DNA of 63,871 bases, filler included, from Guillardia theta CCMP2712 (taxonomy: Eukaryota > Protista > Cryptophyta): NCBI RefSeq assembly GCF_000315625.1. It is 6 parts of 6 records of this genome, joined end to end, with 100 filler letters (N's around TTAATTAATTAA, not from the genome) between each part and the next. Parts side by side here need not be neighbours in the genome. Positions count along the whole stretch, not along the records: positions 1 to 24,917 come from NW_005434372.1; positions 25,018 to 47,805 come from NW_005434547.1; 4 more parts are not named here. The stretch is one strand, 5' to 3'. The notes under the pieces are model-generated. The model was not told the DNA's origin and searched no databases. It saw nothing but the letters and a program-made list of their open reading frames with translations. Made by a program: the position numbers and the translations under genes. Of the stretch, positions 13,426-25,079 are shown in pieces (position 1 is the stretch's first letter; each line of letters opens with the position of its first letter).

Positions 13426-13690
13426 TCCCTCCCTCCCCTTCCCTTGCTCTTTCCTTTCCCTCCCTCTCCTTCCCTTCCTCTTCGCTCTGCGTTATCGCTG
13501 CAACTCCTCCCTGTCATGAGAAGGAGGGAAAATTTCATTACAACAAGAGATGTTTGGAGAACTGGCAGCGAGAAAACAACCTCGATGATAGGGCAAGCTT
13601 TGACGGGGGTGGAAAGAATATGTAGAAAGAGACCATATGCGAAGGCCGGGATCGCATAGAGGAAGGGAGATCACGCCTTGGAGAGAAAAC

Positions 13691-13775
13691 ATATGTAGGA
13701 AGGGAGATCATACGTAGGAAGAGAGATCATAGGTAGGAAGAGAGATCATATGTAGGAAGAGCGATCATATGCAGG
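13691..13775. repeat. 19-bp minisatellite (ATATGTAGGAAGAGAGATC) x4-5
   Basis: Units start at 13691, 13710, 13729, 13748, 13767 (last partial). Confidence 0.85.
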
Positions 13776-13781
13776 GAGGGG

Positions 13782-16088
13782 TCAATGTTTGTGAGTTGGG
13801 GTTTGGTGGATTCCGAGCTCTCGCTTCAAGTTTCCTCCCGGCATGGAGGCTTGACCTGATGTGACCGTCACGTGAAGACAGAGAGGAACTCTCTTTTTAC
13901 AGCATTCGGCAGGCTGCTGATCCATCGCGGTATGGAAGATACTTCTTTCTGTGCTGCTAAGACAGTCAATGGCGAGGAGGGGGAGGGAGAGGAGGAGGAG
14001 GAGGAGGAGGAGGAAGGGAGAGGGGGAGAGGGGGAGAGTGAAGGAAAAGAAGAACTCAGATGGTTTGAGGGTAAACGGGTAAACGTTGAAGAGGAGAATG
14101 TTTGGAACGAGGGAGGAGAATCGAGTTGATAACGTATCATCCTGACATGATGACACCTACCTCAAGATGGTAGAGAGCCGTGTCTTGTACAAGTTTTGAG
14201 CAAACTCAAAGAGTTTCATGTCCAGCGCATTCATCTCTAGAAGCCTCGACGTGATGGCGTCCTTGTCTGCCACTGACAACATATCAGTACAATTCGAAAC
14301 ATGTTTACATCACAAGGTACCGAGATGCTTCAGCTTCTGCTTTGCAGCTTCGATCTTGGGCTCGACCTTGTTTTCTTTCTTGAAAGTTTCATTCCGCACG
14401 TCGAAGATCGTCGTCACCATCCTCTGAGCTCATAGTCAGCTAACACGGCAGCACAGTCGTGCGGATTGTCATACAAATGCCTCAGGTTTCTCTATCTCAT
14501 CCATGGGAAACTTGCAGTACGAGTCAGGAACCTTCAACCCAGTAAACAAGTCTCTGTTTCATACCACAAGGTCAAAGTTCGACAAGACAACTTTTGCTCT
14601 TTCAAGATCTTTTTCTGTCACCTGGACATGAAGTCAGCAAGCAGGCAGCACCAACAAGGAGTAAGTTACTGGAGCAGGCCCCTTCCAGCCGCAGAACAGC
14701 TTGACGAAATAGTTCTCAATCTCCACATACACGTTGCCCGGGAATCTCGTCCTGAAGTCGTTGTCCTTCACTGTTGCTGCGAAGGCAGGAGGGAGCAGTT
14801 CTCACATGTACTTTCTCTTCCATTCCGATCCATCTCGCCATTCATCAATCCAGTTGTTCATCGTCCGCATCTTCTAATGTGATCAGCCATGTTTGTCGCA
14901 GGCTTAACAGCCACCTTGGAGTGGTCCTTGGCGATCCCATCCCACCACCCTACATGTTCGTACCAATACAAACTGCATCGAATATGTCACTCCCACCACC
15001 ACCACCAACTCCACCACCTCCTCCTCCTCCTCCTCCTCATCCATCGCAACCTGAAGATCCTCTGTACAGGATGACGAATTGAGGTGACGGTGAAAACCCC
15101 AGGTAGCATTAAAAACTGATCCTCTATCGTTTTCCCCTGCAGCACTCGACAGTCAAACTCCTCCTCCTCCTCCTCCTGCTCCTGCTCCTGCCCCCCCCCC
15201 CGGTCCTCCTCTCACTTCTGTCTCCCAAAACGGAACTTTGTGATCAGACGCGATCCCCTCGAAGAATTTCCTCAAGGTCGTTCCAGCAGCCTTTCGCGCA
15301 TGGAATAACCAAATCGCTCCGTGCTTGAGGTTCAAACAGCTTCCATGCTTCCATGCTACCTGCCCTACCCATGCTGATTCCGAAGCAGGAGGAGACGTGA
15401 TATCACCATACGGCACGCACACCTTCCCTGCGTTCTCTGCCCTCGGCGCCAACCACGAGACCTCGTGCTCGGGGGACTGCTGGAGCTGACCTGAGGGCCC
15501 ACGCAGCATCCACCTGCCGTCGGTAGGATGCTGCGTGATGCCGCTGCACCTGAGATGCAACTCAGACTTGCACTTCTCCTTGGCTTCCTCCAAGCTCGAG
15601 TAGAGCCGGTTCGAGACTTGTCCTGGGATGTAGCTGTCGTTGAACGGGCCCTGCCATACCCTCCCCCTAGCACTAGCGAGTATCCAGCTGTAGCGATCGA
15701 AGCTGAAGTGCGTCCTTCCCTCGACCTCTTGCGATCGGTTCCCACGCAGCGAGGAAGCGTTGAAGAAGAAGTCACGCAGGGCATGCGCCTTGGAAGACGA
15801 GTAGTTCTTGAAGGACTCCCACACTCCTTGCTCGCTCACGGACGGCATCGACATCTTGTTCATCACCTTGGACAAGAAGCTTGTGTGGTTCGAGCCATGC
15901 GAGCTGTTCGATCGCTGGAGCCCATGGCGAGACAAGGGAAAGTGACGCTGGGCCGAACCCTGACGATGGACTGTATCCTGCTGTCGTTGGAAGAAGGAGA
16001 ACTGGATCGAGAGGGTGGCGCACGTACATACAAGCAAGAAGTACTTCACAAGGGATGTAAGAGGGGGTCGTGTTCTCTTGGACCTCAT
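13782..16088 (-). CDS. Type II membrane carbohydrate sulfotransferase (Sulfotransfer_2 / Gal3ST-like), multi-exon
   Basis: N-terminal TM anchor; 5'-PSB-like IWLFHARKAAGTTLR; next exon FTVTSIRHPVQRI (3'-PB); later DLERAKVVLSNFDLVV and EMNALDMKLFEFAQ, typical of this family's C-terminus. Confidence 0.8.
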
Positions 16089-17386
16089 CGATCGTCAACT
16101 TCCATTCCTGCAAAATGTGAAACATGTGAATGAGTGAAAAAGTCAAAGTTGTGACAACGAATTTGATTCCTTCTTTCCTTAACCAGAAACGCTGCCATTT
16201 CTTTGTCCTTGCCTGCAAGTATTGGATCTGCTATGACAGGATTGCTAACGAGTCCCTCAAAAAATCTGCTCTCCTCTTCTCTTTCATCTTCATCGCCTTC
16301 TTCCTGTCAACTCGTGATGATCAGGTTTTTGATCTCTCGCCTCTCGCCTCTCTCCTCGCTCCTCTTTGGTCTCTTCTCTCTGCTCTCTGCTCTCTGCTCT
16401 CTGCTCTCTGCTCTCTTCCTCTCCTCTCGCTACATCTAGCATCATCCATCTCGTCGCCGCTTGTACATTCCTCAGGATGCATATCAGTGTCGGGTAGGAA
16501 ACGTGTGAAAAAATAGGAGGTAGGGGTAGTCAACAACCCCTACCTCTCTCTATATTTCGTAATCATACCAATGGGTACAAGGGATAATAAGGTGAAGGGG
16601 TGGGGTGGTGCAAAGGAGACCGTGGCACCAATGGAAACAACTTACAAGCTCTGGCGATGGGCCACGTCAAAAGTTTCAAACTTGAGTGGCCAGCCCGGGC
16701 CCCGGCCCCCGGCTGTCGGAGTGAGAACTCCGACCCGGGTCGGGCAGGGCCCGGGGGGCGAGTCCGGGAGGTGACTCCGGCCCGCTGCCAGTGACTCCCA
16801 GGCCCCAGCCCGCGGCGTAACGCTTCCACTGGCAACGGTCGCCGAGTCACTGCCGTCATCAGCCCGACACTGATCGGACGGGCCGGACAACAGTGCTGAG
16901 AGTCGTCCCGGAGTCCCGGCCCGCCGCAGTCGGACGGTCCGGCGAGTCACCTGGTCCGCCCTGGGTCCGCCTCTGGGTCCGCCTCGGTGGTTTTGGGTGA
17001 ATGTGGGGATGAGGTCAAGAAAAAAAGAATCTCTCGTGCAGCTATCGCGATAGAAACAGGGACCCCACCCCCTCTTCTTCTGCTAACACCCCCACAAAAT
17101 ATTGAGCACCCGTAGTTTTCCTCTTGCAAGAATCAAACCTTCCCACTTTTGCTAACCCCACCCCATTTACAAGAGTATTATTGAGTCTAATATACCGGAT
17201 AAGATAACCACCCTACCACCTAAAAATACACTCTAACCCAAAGGTTTATGAAAACACCAATCCTTTGACAAAGTACCCACTGTAGTTACCTCAGTACCCC
17301 TATGAAAGAGTACCCCACCCCACGAATAACCCGGATTCCGCTTCTTAATCCACTGGGGGTACCGCATCCCTCCTCCTCCTCCTGCC

Positions 17387-18570
17387 ATGTCGGAGACGCT
17401 TTCCTTCCGCGGAACCCTCAAGGGTCACAGAAACTGGGTGACTGCCATCGCTACCACTGCCACTCCTACCCCAGACACTGAGAACATGCTCGTGTCTGCC
17501 TCCAGAGACAAGTCCATCATCGTCTGGACTCTCTTGAGGGAGGAGGGCAACTACGGAGTTCCCAAGAAGTCCCTTCACGGTCACTCCCACTTCGTGCAGG
17601 ACGTTGTTGTTTCCAGCGACGGTCAGTTCGCCCTCTCAGGATCCTGGGACGGCACTCTCCGCCTCTGGGACCTCAACACCGGAGCAACCACCAGGAGGTT
17701 CGTGGGCCACTCCAAGGACGTTCTGTCAGTCGCCTTCTCGATTGACAACAGGCAGATCCTCTCCGGTTCCAGAGACAAGACCATCAAGCTTTGGAACACC
17801 CTCGGTGACTGCAAGTACACCATCGGCTCCTCCTCCATCAACGACGAGGGTCACTCCGAGTGGGTCAGCTGCGTTCGCTTCTCCCCTGCCCCCTCCCCCC
17901 CCCTCCTCGTCTCCTGCGGGTGGGACAAGCTCGTCAAGGTCTGGAACTTGACCAACTGCAAGCTCCGCACCAACCTTGTCGGCCACACCGGCTACCTCAA
18001 CTGCGTCACTGTCTCTCCTGACGGCTCCCTGTGCGCCTCCGGAGGAAAGGACGGCACTGCCAAGTTGTGGGACCTCCAGGAGGGCAAGCACCTCTACTCC
18101 TTGGAGGCCGGAGACACCATCAACGCTCTCCTCTTCAGCCCGAACAGGTACTGGCTCGGAGCTGCTACCAACTCTTCTATCAAGATCTGGGATCTCGAGA
18201 GCAAGAACATCGTTGCGGACCTTGTCCCCGAGGTTAGCTCTTCATCTCCCTGCTATTCTCAACCTTCGTCTACCTGCTCCTTCCTCTACCTCCTCCTTCC
18301 TCTCCCTTTTCCTCTTGCCACTCCCTCCTTTCCTCCTTAGTCATTCCTGTTTCAACTCTGCTATCTTTGGTTTTCATGCTCCTCTTCTGCTCGTTCCCTT
18401 CCTCCTCCCCTCCTTCTAACTCGTTACATTAGGATGTTCCTCCCACCGGCCCCAAGTCCGTCAAGGTCTCCTGCGTCTCCATGTGCTGGAGCGCCGACGG
18501 CAACTCCTTGTTCGCCGGCTACACCGACGGAAACATCCGCGTGTTTGCTGTCACCACCCTTGGAAGATAA
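17387..18570 (+). CDS. RACK1: RACK1 / G-beta-like WD40 ribosomal protein; exons 17387-18232 and 18433-18570
   Basis: [67 protein letters not shown]; a phase-0 GT-AG intron joins to [21 protein letters not shown]...TAA. Confidence 0.97.
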
Positions 18571-18836
18571 ACGATCTTGTGATGTCTACCATCCTTGCTG
18601 CAGGCAGAGTGATCTTATTAAAGTCGTTGACAACTTGAGCGAGAGAGAGAGAGCGAGAGGGATGGAGGGGGAGAAGGAGGGGAGGGAGAGATGGAGATGT
18701 GAATGAGAAAAGAGTTTGATGACTTGTAGCTTGTTAGACTCCCAACGTCAGTGCTGTTGCGCTTTCATCATTGTAAGTTTTTGTTTTATTCACCTTACAA
18801 CATGATCTCATCTGCTTCCTCTTCCCTTCCCTTCCC

Positions 18837-20255
18837 TCATTCCACGTCCAGGTAGCGATACCCAAGAGAGATTGAGAAATCCCTGCTCTCTGCTCTCCAA
18901 GGTAAGCAAACTAAAAGCATTCCCCCTTCCCCTCCTCTTCAATCTCTATCCCAGCCCCTTCCTCCTTCTCTGCCTCTCCTCGGCCCTGGGCTCCAACTTC
19001 GTTCGTCTCTGCTCCTCCTCTCCCCTTCCCTCCCTCACCCCTCCTCTCCCTTCCTCCCCTCCCCTCTCCCCTCCCTCCCCTCTGGTTCCATCCGCACCTG
19101 TATAATGAAACCAGTAGGCAGGAAAGAAGACCGCATCCCCGGGCTCGATGAAAACCTCGAACGCCTCCTCCGCTACAGAGGAGAAGAACTGAGGGAACCT
19201 TTCCTTCCTGCCAAGCAGACCGTCAGGAGCAGCGGCCTCGTCCTTGTCCTCGTCTTACATGTTGCCGACTAGCTGAGCTCGACTCTCTTCGTCCATGCTG
19301 GGAGGGAGCTGGGGGTTGACACGGCTCCTGCGGTACATGGGATGGTCCCGAGGGTACACGTAGAAGTCCTGCAGCTTCTTGGCATCCCATAAGAGCATCC
19401 GCTTGCTGCCCTTGACCTGCGGGAGAGTCAGGAGGAGGAGGACGAGGAGGATGAGGAGGAGGAGGACGAGGAGGGAGAAGAAGAGGACGATCAGGTGGAG
19501 GAGAATCAGGTGGAGAGGGAAGAAGAGGAGGATCAGGAGGAGGGAGGAGGATCAGGGTCAGGGAGGAGGGACGGAAGCAGCGGCTTCAAGCTCGTATCTC
19601 CCACCTGTGCTAGGAAGGAGTGCGTGGCGTCATAGTGGAGGGGGGAGACAAGCCCCTTGGTGCTGACCCAGAAGTTTGTGCATCCCCCCGCCTCTACCCC
19701 GAGCTCCTCCCAGTAGGCAGGAATCGGAGCTTCGGACAGCATACTCTCAGGCGCCTCGGTCTGCAGGTAGACCCTCTCCTGCTCATCGTAGAAGAGAGGA
19801 GGTAGTCCTCCTCTGTCCTCCTGGATCCTCCTGCAGAACTCCTGGCCGCTCATGAAGGCCATCCGGCTAGGAGGGAGGAAGGTCCCCTCCTTGATCAGTC
19901 GGCTGTTGCTGTTGCATTGGAGGATGTTGGAGGAGGGAGCGACACGGACGATTCCTGAAGTGATCTCTTCCTCAACCCTCCTCCTGCTCCAAGTCTTCAG
20001 TGCGCGCCAGTGCTGGCAAGCATGCTTTAGGAGGACCGGCTGCGAGCACGAGCGCAGCAGTCGCTTCGCCTCCTCCGCCTGCTGCGGGTCGCGCATATCG
20101 AACGAGTCGACAGGGGAAGCATGTCCGATGATGGTGTCTGGCAGCTCGTCCTCGACAAGCTTCACCTCCTCATCCTTCGAGATTCGCGAGGAGAGGAAAC
20201 TTGAAATCCCCTTCCGCAAGGAGCCCAGGGGTGAGGAAAGAGACGGGAAGCTTCT

Positions 20256-20333
<78 letters not shown>

Positions 20334-21030
20334 AGGATCTGTGTCCTTCCGTCGTACGCGGACGGCGCGGGCCCGAAATGCCTCGGAGAGATCGTCGAGG
20401 GGGTCGAACGCGACGGAGACGAAGTCATCCTCTATGACTCCGACCAGTCGGTCGGCCAAGTTCACCATCCTGTCCACTACAGCCTTCAAGTCCTTGAGAG
20501 GCAGCCCAGCAAGTTGCTCCCACGGCAGACAAGCAAGCTGGAGGGACAGAAGCCATTCGTCCTTGAACGCAGGGGAAAGACAGCATGCCGCGTGATAGCA
20601 GGGGATCAGGTCTTGACTGTACCCTCCCTCCCATCCTCCACTTACAGCGAGCTTGTCACCGCGGCCCTTCCTGATCAGCACGATCTCCATGCTCGCCTTG
20701 AGAGCGCTGGAGAGCACTTCCTGCATCTGCTTGTAAACTTTCTCGAGGGCCTTGTCATGTGAGCCAACGTGAGGGTAGCAAGACCTGAGCATGATCTGGA
20801 GACTCGTCGCCTTTGATGCCTCTTTACACGTCAGCACCGCCTGCGGCAGACTGCCTCTAACGTCCTCCCCCTTGACTATCAAGGAAGAGATTTGAAGATC
20901 TCGGAGCAAGTCGGGCTCCGCCTCCTCCCCCAGCAGATGTCCACGGATATCAACAGCGCTCATGTAACCTTGAAAGCTTTCATGCAGCTTCATGGCCTCC
21001 TCATCAAGACCAGCTTGCAACCTTATGAGC

Positions 21031-21079
<49 letters not shown>

Positions 21080-21674
21080 GTGATGATGGCGATGGCGATG
21101 TAGCTTCGCTCTCCCCGCTTACATCCTTGCTAGCATCTACCAACAGGGCGAGGATCTTCATCTTCGACACACCTTCGATCGCGCTGCCTCGTCCCGCTGC
21201 TCCTACCACGTAGATCGAGTGAACTGCCAGGCCACTCCCTACGATAACCCGCTCGATGGCAGCAGCAGACGAGTCTATCGCCTCCCTCCATGAAGGAGGA
21301 AGTTTCTCCTTCAACTCCTCATCGCTCCCATACTTGGACATCACGTTGCCATCGAGCACTCTCGCTTCTCTCCCGACAGGCTTGATAAAAGGCAAGGTTG
21401 TAAGACTTTCAAAGTCCATTGTGAAGAGCTCAGGAAACCTCCCACAGAACGTGTCCAGCAGACTCCCCTCAGCAGCGGCTGGTGCTTGCGATGACATTAA
21501 GTACACTGTCCGATGTTGAAATGACCGTCGAGTCGCAGCAGCATACTTGGAGAAGGTGGTTTTACATTTCAGACTGCCAACTGCCGGCCCCGTCGAAGGG
21601 CAAGAGGCTAGGAAGGCAGAAGCCTGCAGGGCAGAGAGGAGGAGGAGTTTGATGATGTACCAACAAGCGTTCAT
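18837..21674 (-). CDS. Plastid-targeted JmjC/cupin-8 (JMJD5/FIH-like) 2-oxoglutarate oxygenase with an N-terminal nucleotidyltransferase-like domain; 4 exons
   Basis: Signal peptide ending ASA-F; PVLLKHACQHWRAL..WS; NFWVS..SPLHYDATHSFLAQ spliced (19605/19416) to VKGSKRMLLW; IEPGDAVFFPAYWFHYT; FSISLGYRY...TGA at 18837. The HxD...H triad is intact. Confidence 0.85.
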
Positions 21675-21914
21675 GCTTCTGGATCATACATGCCTCATAC
21701 TCTCCCGTGGCGTTACAAGAGGCTAGCTGGAAATAATTCATCAGCATTGAAGGCAAACATCTGTGAATCTCGCCCTCCTTTTCAATCTTTGAGATCATTC
21801 TCTTCAAGGAGGGGCATCTACTATTGGTCCTATCCTGAGGAATCTCCCCACTGGAAAACTCTCATCCTACACCCGCCACTGCTGCTGGTTTTGGGCTGCT
21901 GGTTCGGCTGCTGC

Positions 21915-21960
21915 TGCCCCTGCCCCTGCCCCTGCCCCTGCCCCTGCCCCTGCCCCTGCC

Positions 21961-22046
<86 letters not shown>

Positions 22047-22260
22047 TGCCCCTGCACCTAGTTCTTCTCCTGCTCCTGATACTGCAGCAGCAGCAGCTGC
22101 TGCTGCTGTCACTGCCCCTGCCCCTGCTCTTGCTACTCCTGCTCCTGTCCTGGTTCTGCTCCTACTCCTGCTGCTGCCCCTGGTTCTGCTGTTGCTCCTG
22201 GTTCTGCTCCTGGTTCTGCTCGTGCTCCTGCTGCTCCTGCTCCTGGTACTGCTGCTGCTC
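21915..22260. repeat. Compound (CCCCTG)n/(CTG)n/(CTCCTG)n microsatellite
   Basis: Directly visible. Confidence 0.9.
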
Positions 22261-23372
22261 AGTTTCGGCCTCCCGACAACGAAGCCATGTAATTTATCGG
22301 GAAGTGCTGTATGAGTCAGAGTTTTAAAACTTAAAAATCAGAATGCTGTAGTTATACAACTGTACCGAAAGAATACGCTATAGTACCAAATAGTACCATT
22401 AGTTTATTCATTAGTATTTTGTATTTTAAAAGTTTTATCTTGGTACTCAATTTCAGTCGAATATGAGTTTAAGACTGCTAATTTCTGAGTCTACTTCTAA
22501 AAAAAGTTGGGAAAATTGGTATTAAAATAGTTATTGGAATTGCTGGCACTTGATGACAGTACGCTTTAAAACACAACCGTCATAAAACAGTTGTAGACAT
22601 GCTTTTGAAAGTTTTCTTTTATTTCATATTTTCATATATAGTTTCCAATGTTTATCAGAAAAATCGATCACAAACCTGAAAAAAATAAATCAAAATATCT
22701 AAAAGTATCTAAAAATATTTACGTTGAATAAAACTATTTTACACAATTTTAATTAGAAAAAGGTCGCAGCAGCCGAGGAGCGCAATGAACAAGGTGCGGG
22801 TGAGCGAATGAAGAAGGGGGGGTTGTGGAACAATGAGAGAGAAGGAGGAGGAGCAGGAGGAGGAGGACAAGAAGGAGCAGGAGCAGAAGCATCACGAGGA
22901 GAAAGAGAGAACAAGGAAAAGGAATTGGAGAGGAATGGCGGGGAAGGGAGGAAGGGGGAGGGGGGGGGGCCTGGGGCTGGTGAGGAGGCAGAGACAGAGA
23001 GAAACAGAGACAGTTAGACAGACAGACAGACATAGAGAGATACAGACAGACAGAAGGAGACAGAGAGAGAAAAGGGTGGAAGGGCGTGTGGGGAGTGGGA
23101 CTGGAAGGGGGGGAAAGACAAGGTTATAAAAAGATATATGAGAGCTGAGGTGTCAGAAGGCAGGAGCAGCGAAATGTTGTGTTGAAGTTTTATTGGGACA
23201 ACGGAGCTTAGATGAAGGATGTCACATGAGAGTTGCAAGTGTTCGTAAAAGATCATGGCGAAAATCCTACGTTCATTGAAGAGATGAGGATGTGGAAGTT
23301 TCAGCATTGTGTTAGATGGATGCGGTGTTGAGAAAGATTTCACTGACTTGGCATTGATTATTACTGCAACAG

Positions 23373-24065
23373 GCTTTGTCAACCTTTTCTCGTCGCGTGT
23401 TGGTGCAGGCAAAGAACGTCAAGCCCCTCAGAGGTGAAGTGCATGGCGAGAGAGCTCTTGTCTCCCTCCTCCCTCCTCCCTCCTCCCCTTCTCTCCTCGC
23501 CCCAGCCATTCCTTTCCCCTCCTCCCTCCTTCTTAGTCTCCCCTACCTCTTTCTCGCTCTCGCTCTCGCTCTCCCGCTCCTTCTCCCTCTCCCCTCTTCT
23601 CATCCGTAGCTCCAGGAGGAGGCGGCGACCACGGCCACCATGTCATGTACGAATGCGAGGTGACCAAGGCCTGAAGCTTCTTGCATGTCTGATGTTGTGC
23701 CGGCAGCACCTGACCAAGGGAAGCCATCCCGGACGCAGAGGAGTCGACTGGGGTGAGAGGCGAGGCGAGGCGAGGCGAGGAGAAGGGAGGGAAGGGGAGC
23801 CAGGAAGTTTCGGATTCATTTGGATCGCAGGCACTGGGTACTTTCCTGTTGGAAACAAGCTTGTCGTTGGCGGAGGTCTTCTTACCCTCGTGTTCTCAGG
23901 TGCTTTGAAATTTCTGTCTTGGTTTTTTTTCTATCTTGTTCTTTTACCGGTCTTGATGCGTGTGATGGTTGTTTCAGCCTTGTTGTCGTACCTCTGACCA
24001 TATTGCTTTGGAATTTTGCAGGAGTTGGTGTTTGCGTTTGGTCTGCTAGCCGCCAGTTGAAGTGA
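23373..24065 (+). CDS. Small mitochondrial single-TM protein, cytochrome c oxidase subunit VIIc (COX7C / yeast Cox8)-like; exons 23373-23433, 23610-23659, 23707-23752, 23831-23899, 24022-24065 plus an unlocated ATG exon
   Basis: Four canonical, phase-consistent GT-AG introns give ALSTFSRRVLVQAKNVKPLRAPGGGGDHGHHVMYECEHLTKGSHPGRRGVDWGTGYFPVGNKLVVGGGLLTLVFSGVGVCVWSASRQLK*. FPVGNK + TM + RQLK resembles COX7C FSVENK...RHQLLK. Confidence 0.65.
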
Positions 24066-24151
24066 GAACGGGGTTTCATGCGAACGAGATCGTTCCTGTT
24101 GTTCTCATGGATCAAACATCTTGGTGCTGGTGCTGGTGATAAATTGAGATG

Positions 24152-24648
<497 letters not shown>

Positions 24649-25079
24649 CTGCAGGACAGTCTGGTCACAAGAGAACAGCGATGGTAAAAGAGCAGGAGCA
24701 GGATCAAGAGCAGGGAAGGAAAAGGTGAACCAACACGACGGATAGGAGAGGAAGAGGAAGGAAGCGAGAAAAGAAGCTGATGTGTGTTGGGGAGGGAAGG
24801 TGTGGAGGGGGGGCGGGGGAGAGGGAGGGGAGGGAGGGTGGACGAGGGGACCTCGGTCGGGAAGGTGGGGGAGGGGGAGGAGGAAGGTGGGGAAGTAGCG
24901 AGAGTCCAGGTCGCACCNNNNNNNNNNNNNNNNNNNNNNNNNNNNNNNNNNNNNNNNNNNNTTAATTAATTAANNNNNNNNNNNNNNNNNNNNNNNNNNN
25001 NNNNNNNNNNNNNNNNNGAGGGGCATTTAGCAGAGAGCAGGAGGAGGAAGAGGAGAGGCAAGAGCAAGAGCAAGAAAGC

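Noticed and set aside
24962-24973. TTAATTAATTAA palindrome inside N runs (also 47850, 51761, 57702, 62398)
   Set aside because: Artificial six-frame-stop contig linker. Genes break off at these points, so adjacency across them is not biological evidence.
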